A stretch of 48,095 nucleotides of DNA from Chloroflexota bacterium (GCA_037446495.1 JBBIIL010000006.1:33462-81556); one strand, 5' to 3'. Numbered from the stretch's first letter, positions 1 to 11,872 are shown. Notes: a model not told the origin generated them from the sequence alone. Made by a program: numbers and translations.

Positions 1-1275
1 GGCCTGACCACGTTCATGGTCATGGCCTACATCATCTTCCTGAACCCGATCATCCTGACCGGCGGATTCAAGACGACCGACGCGGCGTTCACGGCGGCGG
101 CCCTTGCAGCCGGCACGGCCCTGATCGCCGGGATCATGACCATCGCCATGGGCGTGGTCTCGAACTACCCGCTCGCCCTTGCTGCCGGACTCGGCATCAA
201 CGGCCTGGTGGCCTACTCGTTGATCGGCCGGGGGCTGACGCCGGCGGGCACGATGGGCGTCATCGTCCTCGAAGGCGTCGCGGTCACGATCCTCGTCGTG
301 ATCGGCTTCCGGGAAGCCGTCATGAACGCCGTGCCGCTGGCCCTCAAGAAGTCGATCGGCGTGGGCATCGGCCTGTTCATCCTGTTCATCGGATTTGCGA
401 ACGGCGGCTTCGTCGTCGCCAGCCAGGCGACGCCGGTCACCTTCCACCTGCCCCAGACGCCGGCCGACTTCGTGTTCTGGATCGGCCTGTTCATCACGGC
501 GGCCCTGTGGGTGCTGCGGGTGCCCGCTGCCCTGGTGATCTCCATTCTCGTGACCACGGTCATCGCCCTCATCGCCGGCGTGGCGACCATCCCGACCAAC
601 TTCGCCCTGACGCCGTCCTTCAGCACGCTCGGCCGCTTCGACGTGACCAACGTCTTCTCGGCGATCGGGAACCCGATCTCGGCCATCCTGGTCGTGTTCG
701 CGATCATGCTCACCGACTTCTTCGACACGATGGGCACCGTCACCGGCATCGCCGCCGAGGCCGGTCTAGCCGAGAAGGACGGCTCCGTCCCGGGCATCGG
801 GCGCATTCTGGTCGTCGACTCGCTCGCCGCAGTTGCTGGCGGCGTCGCGGGCGTCAGCTCCAACACCACCTACATCGAGAGCGCGGCGGGCGTCGCCGAG
901 GGCGGCCGCACGGGCTTCGCCTCGGTCGTCACCGGCGTCCTGTTCCTGATCGCGATCGTCCTCTCGCCAATCGCTGGGATCATCCCGTCGCAGGCGACGG
1001 CGCCCGCCCTGATCCTCGTTGGATACCTGATGTTCACGCAGGTCAAGGGCATCGACGTCTCCGACGCCGAGGACGGCCTGCCGGCCCTGCTCACGATGAT
1101 CCTGATGCCGCTCACCTACGACATCACCGTCGGGATCGGCGCCGGCTTCATCTCCTGGGTCGCCATCAAGCTGATCAAGGGCAAGCCCGGCGAGATCCAC
1201 CCGCTGATGTGGGTGGTCGCCGCCGGCTTCCTGATCTTCTTCCTCCAGGACTACATCGGGACGTTCATCAAGTAG
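1..1275 (+). CDS. NCS2/AzgA-type nucleobase (adenine/guanine) permease, 5'-partial
   Basis: Frame open from base 1 (GLTTFMVMAYIIFLNP, typical N-terminal TM1 of AzgA/PbuG); DFFDTMGT and TTYIESAAGVAEGGRTG signature motifs; many hydrophobic helices. Confidence 0.93.
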   Translation, partial: GLTTFMVMAYIIFLNPIILTGGFKTTDAAFTAAALAAGTALIAGIMTIAMGVVSNYPLALAAGLGINGLVAYSLIGRGLTPAGTMGVIVLEGVAVTILVVIGFREAVMNAVPLALKKSIGVGIGLFILFIGFANGGFVVASQATPVTFHLPQTPADFVFWIGLFITAALWVLRVPAALVISILVTTVIALIAGVATIPTNFALTPSFSTLGRFDVTNVFSAIGNPISAILVVFAIMLTDFFDTMGTVTGIAAEAGLAEKDGSVPGIGRILVVDSLAAVAGGVAGVSSNTTYIESAAGVAEGGRTGFASVVTGVLFLIAIVLSPIAGIIPSQATAPALILVGYLMFTQVKGIDVSDAEDGLPALLTMILMPLTYDITVGIGAGFISWVAIKLIKGKPGEIHPLMWVVAAGFLIFFLQDYIGTFIK

Positions 1276-1350
1276 CGGCCGTCCCTCGCGCAGCCCCGGA
1301 CTGGCGGCCCCCGGGTCGCCGGTCCGTCGTTTCCCGTACCATCGGCGGCG

Positions 1351-2622
1351 ATGTTCCACCGCACCACCCGCCTGCCCGACGGGCCGCGCGTCATCTCGGC
1401 CCGGCTGCCGGGATCGCGGTCCGTGTCCATCGCCGCGTACGTGCTCGCCGGCTCCCGTCAGGAGGCGCCGGGCGAGGTCGGCGTCGCCCACTTCATGGAG
1501 CACCTGACATTCAAGGGCACGGCAGCGTACCCGTCGAGCCGCGCCATCTCCGAGGCGATCGAGGGCGTCGGCGGCGCCGCGAACGCGGCCACGGACCGCG
1601 AGTCCACCGTCTACTGGGTCCGCGTGCCGCGGCGCCGCACCGAGACCGCCATGCGCGTGGTCGGCGAGCTGGTCATCCGCCCGGTTCTCGCCGACGCCGA
1701 CATCGAGTCCGAGCGCACGGTGATCGTGGAGGAGGTCCGCTCGTACCGCGACGACCCGGCCGAGTACTGCCAGCTGCTGATGGGCCAGGCGCTGTTCGGC
1801 ACCGGCGCGCTGGGCCGGGAGATCTGCGGTGAGGAGGAGGACGTCCGGGCGCTCCCCGCGCAGGCCATCCGGGACTTCTGGTCGGCGCGCTACCGCCCGT
1901 CGAACATCGTGGTGGCCGTGGCGGGCGATGTGGACCACGAGGAGGCGGTGAGCCTGGTGTCCGGGGCGTTCGGCCGGGGCGACGGCGCGCCCTCCGGCTT
2001 CGACCCGGCGCCCGCGCTGCCGGCCGGCCAGCGCGTGCTCACCGGCCGCCGCGACACCACGCAGGCACAGCTCGCGATCGGCCTGCCCGCGCTTCGTCGC
2101 GACCACCCCGACACCTGGAACCTGTCGCTGCTCAACACGATCCTCGGCGACGGCATGTCGAGCCGCCTGTTCCTGGGCGTGCGCGAGGAGAAGGGACTCG
2201 CGTATGACGTGAGCTCGGGTCTCATGGAGTACGCCGATGCGGGCGCGCTCGAGATCTCGGCCGGCGTGGACCCCGCCTCGCTGCCAGCCGCCATCGAGGC
2301 AATCCTGTTCGAACTGGCGCGCATGGCCCGGGAGCAGGTGCCGGACGAGGAGCTGGCGAAGGCGAAGGCGTACCTCTCTGGTGGCCTCGAGCTGCGGATG
2401 GACGACACGCGTCACCTCGCGTCCTGGCTGGGCGGCCAGGAGTCGCTCCATGACCGGGTGTACACGCTCGACGAGGCGCTCGCCGCCGTGGACGACGTGA
2501 CACCCGAGGCGATCCAGCGGGTGGCGCAGGAGCTGATCCGCGACGATGCCCTGCGCATGGCGGCCGTGGCGCCCGGCAGGTACGTCCGCGGGATCGAGAA
2601 GCACCTGCGGCTGCCGCAGTGA
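1351..2622 (+). CDS. M16 (pitrilysin/insulinase) family zinc metallopeptidase
   Basis: Inverted zincin motif HFMEH with LTFKGT, NAAT..E.T.Y, and C-terminal GMSSRLF..VREEKGLAY motif. Confidence 0.93.
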   Translation: MFHRTTRLPDGPRVISARLPGSRSVSIAAYVLAGSRQEAPGEVGVAHFMEHLTFKGTAAYPSSRAISEAIEGVGGAANAATDRESTVYWVRVPRRRTETAMRVVGELVIRPVLADADIESERTVIVEEVRSYRDDPAEYCQLLMGQALFGTGALGREICGEEEDVRALPAQAIRDFWSARYRPSNIVVAVAGDVDHEEAVSLVSGAFGRGDGAPSGFDPAPALPAGQRVLTGRRDTTQAQLAIGLPALRRDHPDTWNLSLLNTILGDGMSSRLFLGVREEKGLAYDVSSGLMEYADAGALEISAGVDPASLPAAIEAILFELARMAREQVPDEELAKAKAYLSGGLELRMDDTRHLASWLGGQESLHDRVYTLDEALAAVDDVTPEAIQRVAQELIRDDALRMAAVAPGRYVRGIEKHLRLPQ

Positions 2623-3830
2623 GGTTCCGGCGACGCGCTGGCCACGTGGAAGGGCCGGTGTTCGGGGCCGACGAGGTGCCTGTCGAGGGCGCCCCCGAGG
2701 CAGACGGCGTGGAGCTCGCGACCACGGGGGCCGGCAACGCGCTCGGGACCGACGAGCCTCAGGCACTCGCAGCCGATGCGGACCTGGCGGGCGACGGGCT
2801 GGCGCCAGACGACGTGGCCGACGGTGCCGCCGTCGAGCCCGCACAGCACCCGGGCGAAGCCGACCGCCCGGAGCGCGGAGGGCAGGGGAGCGACGCCGAC
2901 GGCGGCGATGCCGTGGCGCCGGAGGGCGAGATCGAGTCCGACGCGGCTGCGGACGGCGGCGACGAGTCCGCCGCGGCTGCCGACGATGCGGGCGTCGCCG
3001 CGGCCCGCGGTGGCGGCCAGGACGCCGACCCTGCGGCGGGGCTCCCTGCCGGCAGGCCCGAGCCATGGCCCGACCCGCACGCGGGCGGTCGTCCGGCCGC
3101 GCTCCGGATCGCCGGGCTGCACCTCCGGACCGGGCAGCACGCGCTGGCCCGTGCCGAGCTCGAGGCCCTCGCGGGCCGCGGGCGCCTGGACGAGACCGCC
3201 TTGCTCGACCTTGCCGAGGTCCGCTGGCGTAGCGGTGACCTCTCGGGCGCCGGTGACGCCGCCAATGCGCTGTTGGCGCGCGGGAGTGAGGCGCCGCTGG
3301 CCCTCGTCATCGCGACCGAGGCTGTGGCCTCCGCCGGGCGACCGATCGAGGCTCGTCGCCTCGCGTCGCGGGCTCTGGCTGTGGTCGAGGGCCCGTTGGA
3401 CCCGCTGTTCGCCGGGATGCCCCGGGCCACGATCTGGCCGGCCGTCCTGTCGCCGATGCCGACAGCCGACGCCCCCCGACGCCGAGGCCGCAGGGCCGCC
3501 GCTGCGGTCGGCGGCGCCCCGTCCACGGCAGCCGAGGCCTTCGCTGGCGGTCGCGCCGCCCTGGCCAAGGGCGATGCCAGCCGGGCGGCGCTCCTCCTGG
3601 GTGTCGCCATGCGCCTTGAGCCGGGCTTTGCCGAGGACGTCCTGCGCGCCGTCGTGGGCCGTGACGACCAGCCGCTCCTGGCGCTGGTCCGCGGCGATGC
3701 GCTGCGGCTGCTCGGCCGCGAGGCGGAGGCCCTCGAGGCGTTCAACCGCGCCCGCGGCCGCGCTTCAGCCGCGGCCACCAGTCCCAACGAGCGCAGCGGC
3801 CCGGGCCTCTTCGACGACGACCCGGCCTGA
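2619..3830 (+). CDS. Hypothetical protein: acidic low-complexity N-terminus plus TPR-like helical repeats
   Basis: GTGA overlap with the peptidase stop; Asp/Glu/Ala-rich first ~140 aa, then helical repeats such as LVRGDALRLLGREAEALEAFNRA. Start uncertain. Confidence 0.6.
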   Translation: MRFRRRAGHVEGPVFGADEVPVEGAPEADGVELATTGAGNALGTDEPQALAADADLAGDGLAPDDVADGAAVEPAQHPGEADRPERGGQGSDADGGDAVAPEGEIESDAAADGGDESAAAADDAGVAAARGGGQDADPAAGLPAGRPEPWPDPHAGGRPAALRIAGLHLRTGQHALARAELEALAGRGRLDETALLDLAEVRWRSGDLSGAGDAANALLARGSEAPLALVIATEAVASAGRPIEARRLASRALAVVEGPLDPLFAGMPRATIWPAVLSPMPTADAPRRRGRRAAAAVGGAPSTAAEAFAGGRAALAKGDASRAALLLGVAMRLEPGFAEDVLRAVVGRDDQPLLALVRGDALRLLGREAEALEAFNRARGRASAAATSPNERSGPGLFDDDPA

Positions 3831-3835
3831 TCCGG

Positions 3836-3865
3836 GCCCGCACGGCGCCCGCACGGCGCCCGCAC
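3836..3865. repeat. Short tandem repeat (GCCCGCACGGC x2.7)
   Basis: gcccgcacggc gcccgcacggc gcccgcac in the intergenic space before ndk. Confidence 0.7.
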
Positions 3866-3993
3866 CATCAGCCGGTCGCGCTATCCTCTGCTTCCCGCGC
3901 CGAGCTGGTCTCAGCGGCCCTTGGCGAGGCGTCCCCGACACCCCAGCAGGCGGGTCGCCAACGGCCCGCCCCACGAGAGGCACACGCAGTCCC

Positions 3994-4461
3994 ATGGCGG
4001 AAGTCCAGCGCACCCTCCTCCTCGTCAAGCCCGACGGCGTCCAGCGCCAGCTGGTGGGCCGCGTGCTCACCCGTTTCGAGGAGCGCGGGCTCAAGATCGT
4101 CGGCCTCAAGCTGGTCCGGGCGGATCGCGCGCTCGCGGAGCAGCACTACGCCGTCCACGCCGACAAGCCGTTCTTCAGGGGCCTCGTGGACTTCATCACC
4201 TCGGCACCGCTCGTCGCAGCGGCCATCGAGGGGCCCAACGCCATCTTGGTCGTCCGCGCGATGAACGGCGCCACGCGCCCGCATGAGGCGGCCCCGGGCT
4301 CCATTCGCGGCGACCTCGCCGTCGAGACCGCCCAGAACCTGGTCCACGCCTCGGACAGCCCTGAGAACGCGGCCGCCGAGCTCGCCCTGTGGTTCAAGCC
4401 TGACGAGCTGCTCAGCTACGAGCGTGAGATCGACCGCTGGGTGCTCGTCCCCGAGGAGTAG
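3994..4461 (+). CDS. ndk: Nucleoside-diphosphate kinase
   Basis: MAEVQRTLLLVKPDGVQR, HYAVHADKPFF, PGSIRGD and NLVHASDS (phospho-His motif). True start is the ATG at 3994 within the longer 2776..4461 ORF. Confidence 0.97.
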   Translation: MAEVQRTLLLVKPDGVQRQLVGRVLTRFEERGLKIVGLKLVRADRALAEQHYAVHADKPFFRGLVDFITSAPLVAAAIEGPNAILVVRAMNGATRPHEAAPGSIRGDLAVETAQNLVHASDSPENAAAELALWFKPDELLSYEREIDRWVLVPEE

Positions 4462-4500
4462 GCGCAGGGCGCCCGACGCCGAGCTCGTTCAATCCGAGCG

Positions 4501-6345
4501 CTAGTTCCCGACCGCATCGACCCCCGCGACCGTCGGTCCGGGTTCGCCCGCGGCCCCGGCCACATCGAGCGCGCCGAACGCCACCAGCGAGGCCAGGAGC
4601 GCGAGCGCCAGCACGGCGCCCGAGAGCACGCCAGTCCGGTGGCGCCTGACCGCTCCGGCAGCCCTGGTGGTGGGATCGGTGCGGGCGGTGATGCGCGCGA
4701 GGTGCCGCGGGGCGTATGGGTCGGCGCCCCCGGACTCGGGCACTGGGTCGGGCCCGGGCGCCGGCAGCTCCAGCTGTGCTGACGCGACCGGCACCTTCGG
4801 GGAGGACACGGCGCTCGCGGCACGGCGGGTGGTCGTCCGCCCCCTGGGGCCCACGCCGGTCCCCGGCCGGACATCCCCTGTCGCAGTGGGGGTCGCAGCC
4901 GGATCCGCCGGGGGTCCCTCCGTGCGCTCCTGCTCAACGGGCAGGTCCGACCGACGGCCGCGGCCCGGCGGCACCAGTGAGACCCGCCGGGCTGGCAATC
5001 TCCCGACACCGCCCAGCTCGGGCCCCACGCGCTCGACGTGGCTCGTGCGCGTGCCGACGCCCAGCCACAGCCACCGCAGGTAGGCGGGGAGCGTGAGCAG
5101 CGAGGCCAGCAGCAGGACCGCGCTCCAGGGGCCGCCTGCGGCCCGGCCGGTGAGATCGAGTCGCGCACTCGCGACGGCCCACCCGGGGAGCCCATAGGTC
5201 GCGACCACGATCAGGACCAGGGCGATGCCCAGCACCGGCGACGGCCGGAGCCAGCCGCGAAGCTCGGGGATGGACCGCGTCTGGAAGCGGTCCTCCACCA
5301 CGGTCGACCACGCGCCGAGCGCGGTCTTGGTGACCGCGACCGTCAGCAGCCAGGCGCGGGCGGGCCCCCAGACGACGGGATCGAGCGCGGCCAGCGCGAG
5401 GACCACGAGCGCGACGTCGGCGATGGTGAGGTAGCCGATCGCGTGACGCAGGTCGTCCTGGAGGTACGCGACGAGCGCCGCGGCCAGCGTCGCGAGCAGC
5501 GTGGCCGCCACGATCAGTGCCTGGGCGGAGCCCACCGGCGGTGCCAACGGGGCGAGGACGCCCGACGCCACGCCGACCGCGACCGCGGCGAGCGGAAGCG
5601 GCAGCCAGGCGATGACAAGCGGTTGCGAGCCGGTGGGCGCGACGTCGGTCAGGGCGCTCACGCGGACGTGCCACGGGATCGCGCCCGCACGGGCCGCCAC
5701 CGCGAGCGCCATGGCGAGCAGTCCGAATGCGATGGCGGCTGCCTCACCGGACGAGGAGGACGAGTTGACGCCGTCCGGGTTGGCGAGGACCAGTCGGGCC
5801 ACGACCGGCGCGACGGATGCCACAGCGACCACGACCAGGGCCGTGGCGACGGCGATCCGAACCTCGCGGGCGGCGATCCCTCCGGCGGCGGCCCGCGGGC
5901 TGGCGAGCACGACCGGCACGGACGCCAGCCCCGTGGCGCCGGCGGCGACGAGGCCGAGCACCGGCGTGGATGCGGACAGCGACACGGCGGCGCCCACGAG
6001 CGCGGCGAGCGTGGCCGGGAGCAGTGCCAACAGCCCGCCAGTTCCACGCAGGAGCCAGACGATGGCAGCGAGCACCACCGAGGACGCGGCCCACAGCACG
6101 ATGACGAGCCGGAGGTACCCGCTCGGGACGAGTGCGCCGTTCCAGAGTGTTCCCGGGACGGCGCCCGTGCCATCGGGCGCGACGCTGCCCGGAGTCGGCG
6201 AGGCAGCCGCGAGCATGGCCACGAGCACCAGGGCCAGGACCCCGCCCATGGCCCCGGCGCGTGCTGCGGCCCCCCCCCGACGCAGCCCCCACGCGGAGCT
6301 GGCGGACCCGAGCGCACCCACGACCAGCAGGGCGCCCAGGGTCAT
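4501..6345 (-). CDS. Polytopic membrane protein, degenerate proton-conducting (NuoL/M/N, MrpA/D, HyfB/F-like) transporter subunit
   Basis: Many TM helices; RAGAIPWHVRV resembles KxGxxPFHxW; QDDLRHAIGYLTIAD resembles QxDLKRLLAYSTI; GLPG motif; long Pro/Arg-rich loop before the last helix. Confidence 0.6.
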   Translation of the reverse strand: MTLGALLVVGALGSASSAWGLRRGGAAARAGAMGGVLALVLVAMLAAASPTPGSVAPDGTGAVPGTLWNGALVPSGYLRLVIVLWAASSVVLAAIVWLLRGTGGLLALLPATLAALVGAAVSLSASTPVLGLVAAGATGLASVPVVLASPRAAAGGIAAREVRIAVATALVVVAVASVAPVVARLVLANPDGVNSSSSSGEAAAIAFGLLAMALAVAARAGAIPWHVRVSALTDVAPTGSQPLVIAWLPLPLAAVAVGVASGVLAPLAPPVGSAQALIVAATLLATLAAALVAYLQDDLRHAIGYLTIADVALVVLALAALDPVVWGPARAWLLTVAVTKTALGAWSTVVEDRFQTRSIPELRGWLRPSPVLGIALVLIVVATYGLPGWAVASARLDLTGRAAGGPWSAVLLLASLLTLPAYLRWLWLGVGTRTSHVERVGPELGGVGRLPARRVSLVPPGRGRRSDLPVEQERTEGPPADPAATPTATGDVRPGTGVGPRGRTTTRRAASAVSSPKVPVASAQLELPAPGPDPVPESGGADPYAPRHLARITARTDPTTRAAGAVRRHRTGVLSGAVLALALLASLVAFGALDVAGAAGEPGPTVAGVDAVGN

Positions 6346-7070
6346 CGGTCGGCTCCGCGGTGGGCGTCATCGGCGGCCCGGTGACGGACCGCTGGGTCGC
6401 GCGCCAGGGCGTCCCGCAGGACAAGGTCTCCGCCGGCTCGGAGCATCGCGGTCACGATGCCCGCGACCGAGGCACCCGTGAGCGCCACCAGGACCGCGAA
6501 CGCCAGCTCCAGACCCGGGTCCGTCGGGCTGCTGAGCGCGTTGTACAGCAGGCTGGCGGCGGCGATGAGCAGCACGGCGCCCAGCCCGAGTCGATGCCCG
6601 TCGCGCGGCAGGATCACCGGCGCGGCGGCCAGGACGGCGAGCGCGACGGCTGCGGCGATGGCCGCCCGCGCCACCAGAGACCCGCTGGCGAGTGTTGCGC
6701 CGGGCACGCCGGCCACCATGCCGTCACCAACGCCCATGGCGATGGTGGCCCCGAAGGCCGTGGCTGCCAGCCAGCCCGTGGCGAAGGCCGCCGCTCCGAC
6801 GCCCGCGGCACCCGCCCAGCCGAGCGCGCTGCGGGCCGACGTGCTTGGCGCCTCGCGCAGGGCGATCAAGACGAGCCAGCCGCCGAGGGCGGCACCGGCG
6901 AGGCGCGCGATGACCGCGGCGGCGGAGGGCAAGGGGTCCACCACCAGGGCGGCCAGGAGCACGGCTCCAAAGGCGCCCACCGTGGCGTGGCGAGGGTTGG
7001 GCGCGGCAACCGCGATCACGCCCGCGGCGACCGCGGAGACCGCGACGAGGACCAGGATGGCTGTCAGCAC
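6342..7070 (-). CDS. Hypothetical membrane protein (~7 TM)
   Basis: Highly hydrophobic 242-aa ORF between lepB and the antiporter-like gene; ATGA overlap with the downstream gene. Confidence 0.65.
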   Translation of the reverse strand: MLTAILVLVAVSAVAAGVIAVAAPNPRHATVGAFGAVLLAALVVDPLPSAAAVIARLAGAALGGWLVLIALREAPSTSARSALGWAGAAGVGAAAFATGWLAATAFGATIAMGVGDGMVAGVPGATLASGSLVARAAIAAAVALAVLAAAPVILPRDGHRLGLGAVLLIAAASLLYNALSSPTDPGLELAFAVLVALTGASVAGIVTAMLRAGGDLVLRDALARDPAVRHRAADDAHRGADR

Positions 7071-7082
7071 CGGCGGGCCGGG

Positions 7083-7679
7083 TTAGGGGGCCGAGGCAGG
7101 GACGCCAGCGTAGGACGGGGTCTGCAGGATGCCGATCGTGGAGATCGGCCAGTACCGCAGGAAGGCCCGGCCGATGACGCTCGACTCGGGGATCGGCCCG
7201 AAGGCGCGCGAGTCCGCGGACTTCTGGCGATGATCCCCCATCACGAACAACTCGCCCGCGGGGATCACCCAGGACGTGGTGTCGTTGAGCGGCACGGTGG
7301 GCTCGTTGACCCCCTGCGCGTTCTTGTACGTGTAGGGCTCGTCCAGCGCTACACCGTTCACCCACATCCGGCCGTCGTCGCGGACCTCCACCTTGTCGCC
7401 CGGCAGCCCGATCACGCGCTTGATGAACGGTGTCGGGTCCGAGGTCCAGTTGGGCGGCGGCGTGAACACCACGACGTCACCCCGCTTGTAGGGGTCCCAC
7501 CGCGGTGTGAGCTTGTCCACCAGGACGTACTGCCCTGGCTCGAGGGTCCGCTCCATCGAGTTCTGCTGGACCTGGTACGGCTGGGCGATGAAGTTCTGGA
7601 TGACGAAGAAGATGACGAGGGTGAGAACGAGCGTCTCGACGACCTCGACGAGACACCCGAAGCCGGAGCGCTTGTCCAC
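7083..7679 (-). CDS. lepB: Signal peptidase I
   Basis: N-terminal TM, catalytic Ser in NSMERTL, catalytic Lys in FIKRVIGLPGD, box E GDHRQKSADSRAFG. Confidence 0.96.
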   Translation of the reverse strand: MDKRSGFGCLVEVVETLVLTLVIFFVIQNFIAQPYQVQQNSMERTLEPGQYVLVDKLTPRWDPYKRGDVVVFTPPPNWTSDPTPFIKRVIGLPGDKVEVRDDGRMWVNGVALDEPYTYKNAQGVNEPTVPLNDTTSWVIPAGELFVMGDHRQKSADSRAFGPIPESSVIGRAFLRYWPISTIGILQTPSYAGVPASAP

Positions 7680-7812
7680 GCGGGGAGCATACAGGCCGAC
7701 CGGACGGAGCGACGGCCGGTAGGGCCGAGGGGCCCACGGGGCGGTTTCGGCGGACCCTCATGCATGGGCCTCCCGGCCGGGTGCAACCAATGCGCTCCGG
7801 GCCGCATGGAGT

Positions 7813-7842
7813 TTGACCCGCGCACAATCGGACGCATACACT
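7813..7842 (+). promoter_or_regulatory. Putative sigma70-type promoter of hppA
   Basis: TTGACC (7813-7818), 18-bp spacer, TACACT (7837-7842). Confidence 0.55.
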
Positions 7843-8007
7843 CGCGGCGTCTGGCGATTGGGCTCCTTCGTGGTCCGAGCCCCCGTCCGACCGCCCTCGC
7901 CGGCCCGCGATCCGTTCTCGGCTCGCCCTGCAACGAGTCTGCGTGGCGGCGGCAACACGTTCGACAACGTCCCGGTGACTCGTGGGTAGGAGGCTGAGCG
8001 AACCCTG

Positions 8008-10236
<2,229 letters not shown>

Positions 10237-10249
10237 CTGAGGTTCACAC

Positions 10250-10277
10250 GGGCGGTCGGCGTTCACGCCGGCCGCCC
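10250..10277 (+). terminator. GC-rich stem-loop after hppA (no U-tract)
   Basis: gggcggtcggcgt-tc-acgccggccgccc; could be a terminator, pause or RNA-stabilising hairpin. Confidence 0.4.
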
Positions 10278-10288
10278 GAAGCCGTCTC

Positions 10289-11113
10289 ATGGACCAATTG
10301 TTCCAAGCGCTGGTGATGGGGGTCGTGCAGGGCCTGACGGAGTTCCTGCCGATCTCGTCCTCTGGCCACCTCATCCTGGTCCCGTACCTGCTTGGCTGGA
10401 ACGACACGTTCATCACCAGCCTCGGGTTCACGGTGGCCCTCCACGCGGGCACGCTTCTGGCGCTGCTGCTCTACTTCCGCGAGGACTGGCTCCGGCTGAT
10501 CCCGGCCGGCCTCGCCGCGATCGGCGACCGCTCGTTCCGGCGCGACCCGGACCGCCGGCTCGCGTGGCTCCTGGTGGTGTCCACGATCCCGGCAGCCATC
10601 CTCGGAGCGCTGCTCAACGACACCATCGAGAGCAACATCCGCCAGGCGAACATCGTGGCGATCCTCCTGGTCGTCGCCGCGGGGATCCTCTGGCTCGCGG
10701 ATCGCTGGGCGAACGGCCGCACGCCGCTGGAGCGGCTGGGGATGCCATCGGCGCTGGGCATCGGCCTCGCGCAGGCGCTGGCCCTGTTCCCGGGCGTCAG
10801 CCGCTCGGGTATCTCCATAGCGGCGAGCCTGTTCGCCGGGCTCGGCCGCCAGGACGCCGCCCGCTACAGCTTCCTCATGGCGACGCCCATCACCGCGGGC
10901 GCGGTGGTGCTGGAGTCCTACAAGCTGGTGAAGGGCGGTCAGGTTGCCGCCGAGGCCGGGCCGCTGCTGGTGGGCATCGGGGCCGCCTTCGTCTCGGGTG
11001 TGATCGCCATCTCGGCGCTGCTCCGCTATGTCCGGACGCGCTCGTACAACGTGTTCGTCGTGTACCGCCTGGTGCTGGCGGGCGTCGTCCTCGCGGTGTT
11101 CCTCACCCGCTAG
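10289..11113 (+). CDS. uppP: Undecaprenyl-diphosphatase (BacA family)
   Basis: QGLTEFLPISSSGH and PGVSRSG signature motifs. Confidence 0.96.
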   Translation: MDQLFQALVMGVVQGLTEFLPISSSGHLILVPYLLGWNDTFITSLGFTVALHAGTLLALLLYFREDWLRLIPAGLAAIGDRSFRRDPDRRLAWLLVVSTIPAAILGALLNDTIESNIRQANIVAILLVVAAGILWLADRWANGRTPLERLGMPSALGIGLAQALALFPGVSRSGISIAASLFAGLGRQDAARYSFLMATPITAGAVVLESYKLVKGGQVAAEAGPLLVGIGAAFVSGVIAISALLRYVRTRSYNVFVVYRLVLAGVVLAVFLTR

Positions 11114-11129
11114 GCGGGCCGGAGGTGCC

Positions 11130-11603
11130 ATGGAGGTCATGAAGCAGCTCCGCCAGCGTGCCATCCGCGACTTGGTGGAACAGCGGCCCATCCGGACCCA
11201 GCAGGAGCTCGCGACCGCCCTGCGGGACCGCGGGTTCCGGACAACGCAGGCCACGATCAGCCGTGACGTGGCGGACCTCGGCCTGGTCAAGTCCGGTCGC
11301 GGCGGGATGCAGGCGTACGCGCTGCCGCCGCGCCTCCGCGAGGCCGATGCGTCGGGCGAGGAGCGCGTGAAGCGGCTCCTCCACGACATGCCGGTCGAGG
11401 TCCGAGACGCCGGCACCCTGCTCGTGCTGCGCACGCTGCCCGGGTCAGCGCACCCGCTGGCCGCCGCCCTCGACCGGGCGCGCTGGCCGGAGGTGGTGGG
11501 CTCGATCGCCGGCGACGACACGGTGTTCGTGGCGTTCACAGATCGCAGCGGCCTCGCACGCGTGCGCCGCCGCCTGGAGCAGCTCGCCGAGCCGGTCGAG
11601 TAG
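11130..11603 (+). CDS. argR: Arginine repressor
   Basis: TQQEL, TQATISRD (wHTH), RTLPGSA, GSIAGDDT; GGAGG RBS. An alternative start is the ATG at 11139. Confidence 0.95.
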   Translation: MEVMKQLRQRAIRDLVEQRPIRTQQELATALRDRGFRTTQATISRDVADLGLVKSGRGGMQAYALPPRLREADASGEERVKRLLHDMPVEVRDAGTLLVLRTLPGSAHPLAAALDRARWPEVVGSIAGDDTVFVAFTDRSGLARVRRRLEQLAEPVE

Positions 11604-11788
11604 CGGCGCGTCGCGGGCCTCCCGCCGTCCGGTCGTGGCCCCGCCTCATCGGATCCCGAGCGTCGGGCGAGGCGGCCCGTGCGTGGTGCTGGACGGGCTA
11701 GGCGCTTGGCCATCCCGGTCGGCGCCAGGCCCCTGCCAGCGGCCGTGCGCCCGCCCGGTTCTGCGTCCGCCATCCGGGCATGCATCCT

Positions 11789-11817
11789 TTGACGGAACGG
11801 CCCCCCGCCGATACCAT
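11789..11817 (+). promoter_or_regulatory. Sigma70-type promoter of greA
   Basis: TTGACG (11789-11794), 17-bp spacer, TACCAT (11812-11817). Confidence 0.75.
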
Positions 11818-11831
11818 TCCGCGCGATCCGT

Positions 11832-11872
11832 GAACCTCCGCGGCGCGCTTGGCGCCACGGGGTTCTTTTGTT
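11832..11872 (+). terminator. Intrinsic terminator in the greA 5' leader
   Basis: Hairpin gaacctccgcggcgc-gcttg-gcgccacggggttc followed by ttttgtt, between the promoter and the greA start. Confidence 0.65.
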
